A DNA stretch of 64,000 bases from Candidatus Cloacimonadales bacterium. GTDB taxonomy: Bacteria > Cloacimonadota > Cloacimonadia > Cloacimonadales > JAIOQZ01. Shown one piece after another: positions 61,501 through 64,000 of this stretch; the stretch's first letter is position 1, and every line of letters begins with the position of its first letter. Below the pieces are notes generated by a model. That model did no database searches, was not told the DNA's origin, and saw nothing but the letters and a program-made list of their open reading frames with translations. Location: NCBI GenBank assembly GCA_963665815.1, contig OY762463.1, forward strand, positions 3,456,001 through 3,520,000, read 5' to 3'. Position numbers and translations under genes: made by a program.

Positions 61501-61736
61501 TCTTCATCGGGTTCCTGAATATAATTTTTGTGAGTCTCTTCAATCTCTTCCTGATAAGGTTTTATACTGGACTGTATTTCTTCTTTTATATCAATTACTC
61601 TATTTCGGATTTCATCGTCTGATTTCGATGAAAGTGTTTTATAGACTGATAGAACCTGACTCAAGATTGGCTGAACCTTCTTTAATGCTCTATCATGCTG
61701 GTCTCCAAACACCTTGGTTAATATTTTCTTCAGCAT
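58596..61736 (-). CDS. secA: Preprotein translocase ATPase SecA
   Basis: MATGEGKT, DEVDS.LIDEARTPL, TNMAGRGTDI, QLRGRAGRQGDPG, C-terminal GRNDPCPCGSGKKFKKCC. Confidence 0.98.
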   Translation of the reverse strand: MLKKILTKVFGDQHDRALKKVQPILSQVLSVYKTLSSKSDDEIRNRVIDIKEEIQSSIKPYQEEIEETHKNYIQEPDEDKKETIGDKLDDQKKKLKDHIQNTLDNYLPEVYAIVKDTCRRLVGHKYRVRDSEETWHMVPFDVQIIGGIALHQGFIAEMATGEGKTLVATFPLFLNALTGRGVHLITVNDYLAQRDSEWMKPIFEFHGINVGCIVNGMRVDVKQEAYNCDITYGTNSEFGFDYLRDNMARSKEELVQRDLFFCIIDEVDSVLIDEARTPLIISGPVAESKNFYPELKPYISKLVNAQNMMANRFVSDAKKLIDSGDWDPMEVGEILLKVKRAAPKNKQLMKLTKDSDVKKSIQDVEGYYLRDKKMHVLDEELFYVIDEHAHSADLCEKGQNELHRYDQNLFVVEQLDDMLEEVDRQENLPDQDKAELKEEATQRFLDKSEKLHNISQLLRSYSLFEKDVDYVVQDNKVMIVDEFTGRLMPGRRFSEGLHQALEAKEGVKIEGATQTLATITYQNLFRMYDKLAGMTGTAITEEAEFVEIYNLPCMLIPTNLPITRIDYNDVILMTKLEKYKAIIEEIEYWHERKKPVLVGTVSVDVSETLSRLLSRKNIKHNVLNAKQHEKEADVVKNAGQPGAVTIATNMAGRGTDIKLGETVITQNKKDYLKATDKISEEFPFGQPIDGLHVIGTERHESRRIDRQLRGRAGRQGDPGTSRFYLSLEDDLMRLFGSEKIAPMLKKFGFQEGEKITHTWMTSTVEKAQKRVEGHNFNIRKQLIKYDEVMNQQREVIYNFRRNVLKGYDLKNIILEMIRDTIDNIAMSLTAKTTYEEEWDITKLYQWINHNLNLTMDPLSTDGLSHEGLSDKMQEFLITEYDKREEQLTSEIMRKIEHRSLLDVVDSEWRDHLHEMDLLKDGIGMRAYANKDPLIEFKKESFKLFETLIARIYENVTKKVYTTYIVSSREQLESLLKGVSTSHANITAYSTRPLDQPAQETHTNQQSDPPPKVAPRRVDQKVGRNDPCPCGSGKKFKKCCGAVSSQD

Positions 61737-62158
61737 ATAATTTTTTCCTCTATTTCAAATACAAACCCAAATGAAGGTTGTATATCTTGTTGTCAATGAT
61801 TACCTGTTTTTTTTGTACTATATAATGTATAGATACAAAAAATAATCTGACCATATATTCATAGTGATCTATAAGTCATAATGCAGCATTTGTAAACAAA
61901 TTTGGATACCGTTATTTTCAGATATCTTTGCATATCCGTGACTTTTGATGAATTGCTGATTTATCATATCAACTTAGAACAACTAAGTTTGATGTCTTTG
62001 CATGATGATATCGGTAAATCCATCAGTGTTTCATTCAGCATTGCATGATTTTTGTGCTCTGCAAAATCTCTCTTTAAATAACGCTTTAAGATTGAATTGT
62101 TACATTTTCATAAGCTTATTAGGAGATTGCGGTGGCATGTATTTAACTTGTGAATTTA

Positions 62159-62509
62159 TCAGGAAATGCTGTTTATGAATTCCAGATACGCATCAAGGAG
62201 TTCGCGTCTATCAACAATAGAATAGCGCTTTCTTATACAGGATGAAATAAAATCATCTATTGCGTCATATGATAACCCTTTAACGAATTTTGTTTCATTT
62301 TCAAGTCCAATTACTCCGATAACTGTTTCCGGGAAAGTAAGTTTGATAGTATTGAAAAGGATATTGTCCGTATTATAGGAATCAGCAGATATCAGAATAA
62401 TACTATCCTGTTTAAGATAGTTCTTCAATTTTTCATTTGTATCGCAAAATACAGCACTCCAACTGAAATCAGCCGGAGTGTTAACATCTTTTATTAATAT
62501 TTGTGACAT
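62159..62509 (-). CDS. Hypothetical protein
   Basis: 116-aa ORF starting 6 bp after the upstream stop; no recognised motif. Confidence 0.6.
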   Translation of the reverse strand: MSQILIKDVNTPADFSWSAVFCDTNEKLKNYLKQDSIILISADSYNTDNILFNTIKLTFPETVIGVIGLENETKFVKGLSYDAIDDFISSCIRKRYSIVDRRELLDAYLEFINSIS

Positions 62510-62515
62510 ATTTTT

Positions 62516-64000
62516 TTAATATTTGAATATTGATCCAAAAGCAAATTCTCTGACAATTGAGTTTGTTGGCACATAGAAATGGTCGGTAATCGGCTCGAAG
62601 TATCTTAACAAACGGAGGAGTCTTTGCGCTTCTGGATAAACCGGAGAATTTTTCCTTACTGCCTGAAGAAGTGGAGCAGCCTGATTTTTAAGGAACGCCA
62701 ATTCATAGGTAAGACTGCTGTTGAACATAATGTCAGCATTTTCCTGGAATGGGAATATGTTCTTCTCTTCACCTTTTCTGATTGAATCCCAGCGTAAAAG
62801 TGTATCTTCTGCATCATATCCTCTGTAACGAGCATCTCTGACTATTCTCCTGATTTTCCTGCTGTCAGTTGTCGGAATTCTGTTGTGGTAATCAATATTA
62901 AGCTGGTTAAGAGCACTGATATATACTCTGAACTTTGATGAGTCCGGGATTTTTGATGTCAGTATGTCATTCAATCCATGGATACCTTCCATAATAAGAA
63001 CATCATTCTTCTCCAGTTTCATGAATTCATTGCAGTATTCCGGTACACCAGATTTAAAATTGTACTTTGGTACATCAACCTCTTCGCCCTGCAGTAACGC
63101 ATTAAGATGTGAATTCAGAAGCTCAATATCAATTGCATAGATTGATTCAAAATCATATTCGCCTTCAGCTGTTCGAGGTGTTTTTGTTCTGGCAAGGAAA
63201 TAGTCATCCATTCCTATTATTTTAGGTACTAAACCGTTGACTCTTAACTGGATAGCCAGTCTTTTGGCGAACGTTGTCTTTCCAGATGAAGATGGCCCTG
63301 CAATAAGTATTATTTTTACGGATTCCTTTTCTTTAATCATATCAGCAATTCGTGCAATTTTCTTTTCCTGAAGAGCTTCTTCAACATGGATAATCTGTGG
63401 AATCTTGTAATCAGTGATATACTCGTTAAGTTCGAAAACGTTGTGCATTTTTAAAATTCTGAGCCATTTATCGTATTCCTGGTGAATTTCAAACAATTTT
63501 TGAGGGATAGAAAAATCAGAAAGCTCAGTTGATCCGTATTTCGGAATTCTTAAGATAAGCCCGGTCTTGTACGTTTCAACGCCAAATGCATTGATGAACG
63601 ATGTATTCTCTGCAAGTTGTCTTATGTAATAATCATAGTATTGACCGCATTTGTAAACAGTCATTTTGTTTTTGCGTCTGTATTTGAGGTTTCTCAGGAT
63701 ATCAATCCTTCCATGTTCTTTAAAGATATCTTCTGCATCTCTTAGGTTTATCTCGTGTTTTTCGATAGGCAGTTTGTTATTTATAACTTTATTCATCTCA
63801 TTTTGAATATCTTCAGCATCCTTATCGGTAATTTTGTGTTCACCGAATATTTCGCAGAAAACACCGTCAGATATTGAGTGCTCTACAACAAGTTTGGATT
63901 TTATACCATAGAGATTGTAGAAAGCTTTCATCATGATGAAGATTGCGGTATCCTGATATATTCGATATCCATCAAGAGAATTGAGTGTAAGACAGTCAAT
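62516..64000 (-). CDS. Uridine/nucleoside kinase with ThrRS-N-like domain (5' end outside window)
   Basis: IAGPSSSGKTT, MDDYF, MEGIHGLN, R..RRIVRD, IFPFQE.AD.MFNS; the frame stays open to 64000. Confidence 0.88.
   Translation of the reverse strand: MDCLTLNSLDGYRIYQDTAIFIMMKAFYNLYGIKSKLVVEHSISDGVFCEIFGEHKITDKDAEDIQNEMNKVINNKLPIEKHEINLRDAEDIFKEHGRIDILRNLKYRRKNKMTVYKCGQYYDYYIRQLAENTSFINAFGVETYKTGLILRIPKYGSTELSDFSIPQKLFEIHQEYDKWLRILKMHNVFELNEYITDYKIPQIIHVEEALQEKKIARIADMIKEKESVKIILIAGPSSSGKTTFAKRLAIQLRVNGLVPKIIGMDDYFLARTKTPRTAEGEYDFESIYAIDIELLNSHLNALLQGEEVDVPKYNFKSGVPEYCNEFMKLEKNDVLIMEGIHGLNDILTSKIPDSSKFRVYISALNQLNIDYHNRIPTTDSRKIRRIVRDARYRGYDAEDTLLRWDSIRKGEEKNIFPFQENADIMFNSSLTYELAFLKNQAAPLLQAVRKNSPVYPEAQRLLRLLRYFEPITDHFYVPTNSIVREFAFGSIFKY

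Overview
AT-rich bacterial chromosomal window. The FlgD-Ig/T9SS-like C-terminal domains and gene content suggest an FCB-related anaerobe such as Candidatus Cloacimonadota, but this is inference. Housekeeping and metabolic genes include pyk, glmM-like, hutU, a DHODH-like gene, topA, smg, secA, a uridine kinase-like gene and tRNA-Ser/Ser/Gln. There is a late-flagellar fliD-fliS-flgM cluster with candidate sigma54 and sigma28 promoters, two sensor-kinase loci, two TonB-dependent receptors, an LpoB lipoprotein cluster and two large secreted repeat proteins. The most striking element lies at 4.1-11.9 kb. A Type ISP restriction-modification gene is followed by a 2-kb array of eleven 177-181-bp units, each holding an inverted pair of GTAG-REP hairpins. 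A REP-associated HUH/Y1 transposase (RAYT) follows, carrying a decayed REP pair in frame, and then one more unit. A second, unrelated RAYT with GGAG-type hairpins and a duplicated 3' end lies at 53.3-54.2 kb. Other oddities are a secreted-protein gene split by one in-frame TAG, an apparently degenerate restriction-endonuclease-like gene inside a metabolic operon, and a TonB receptor-YfiR-hybrid kinase operon ending in two Cys-rich paralogs. All family calls come from motif recognition by eye, with no database searches.
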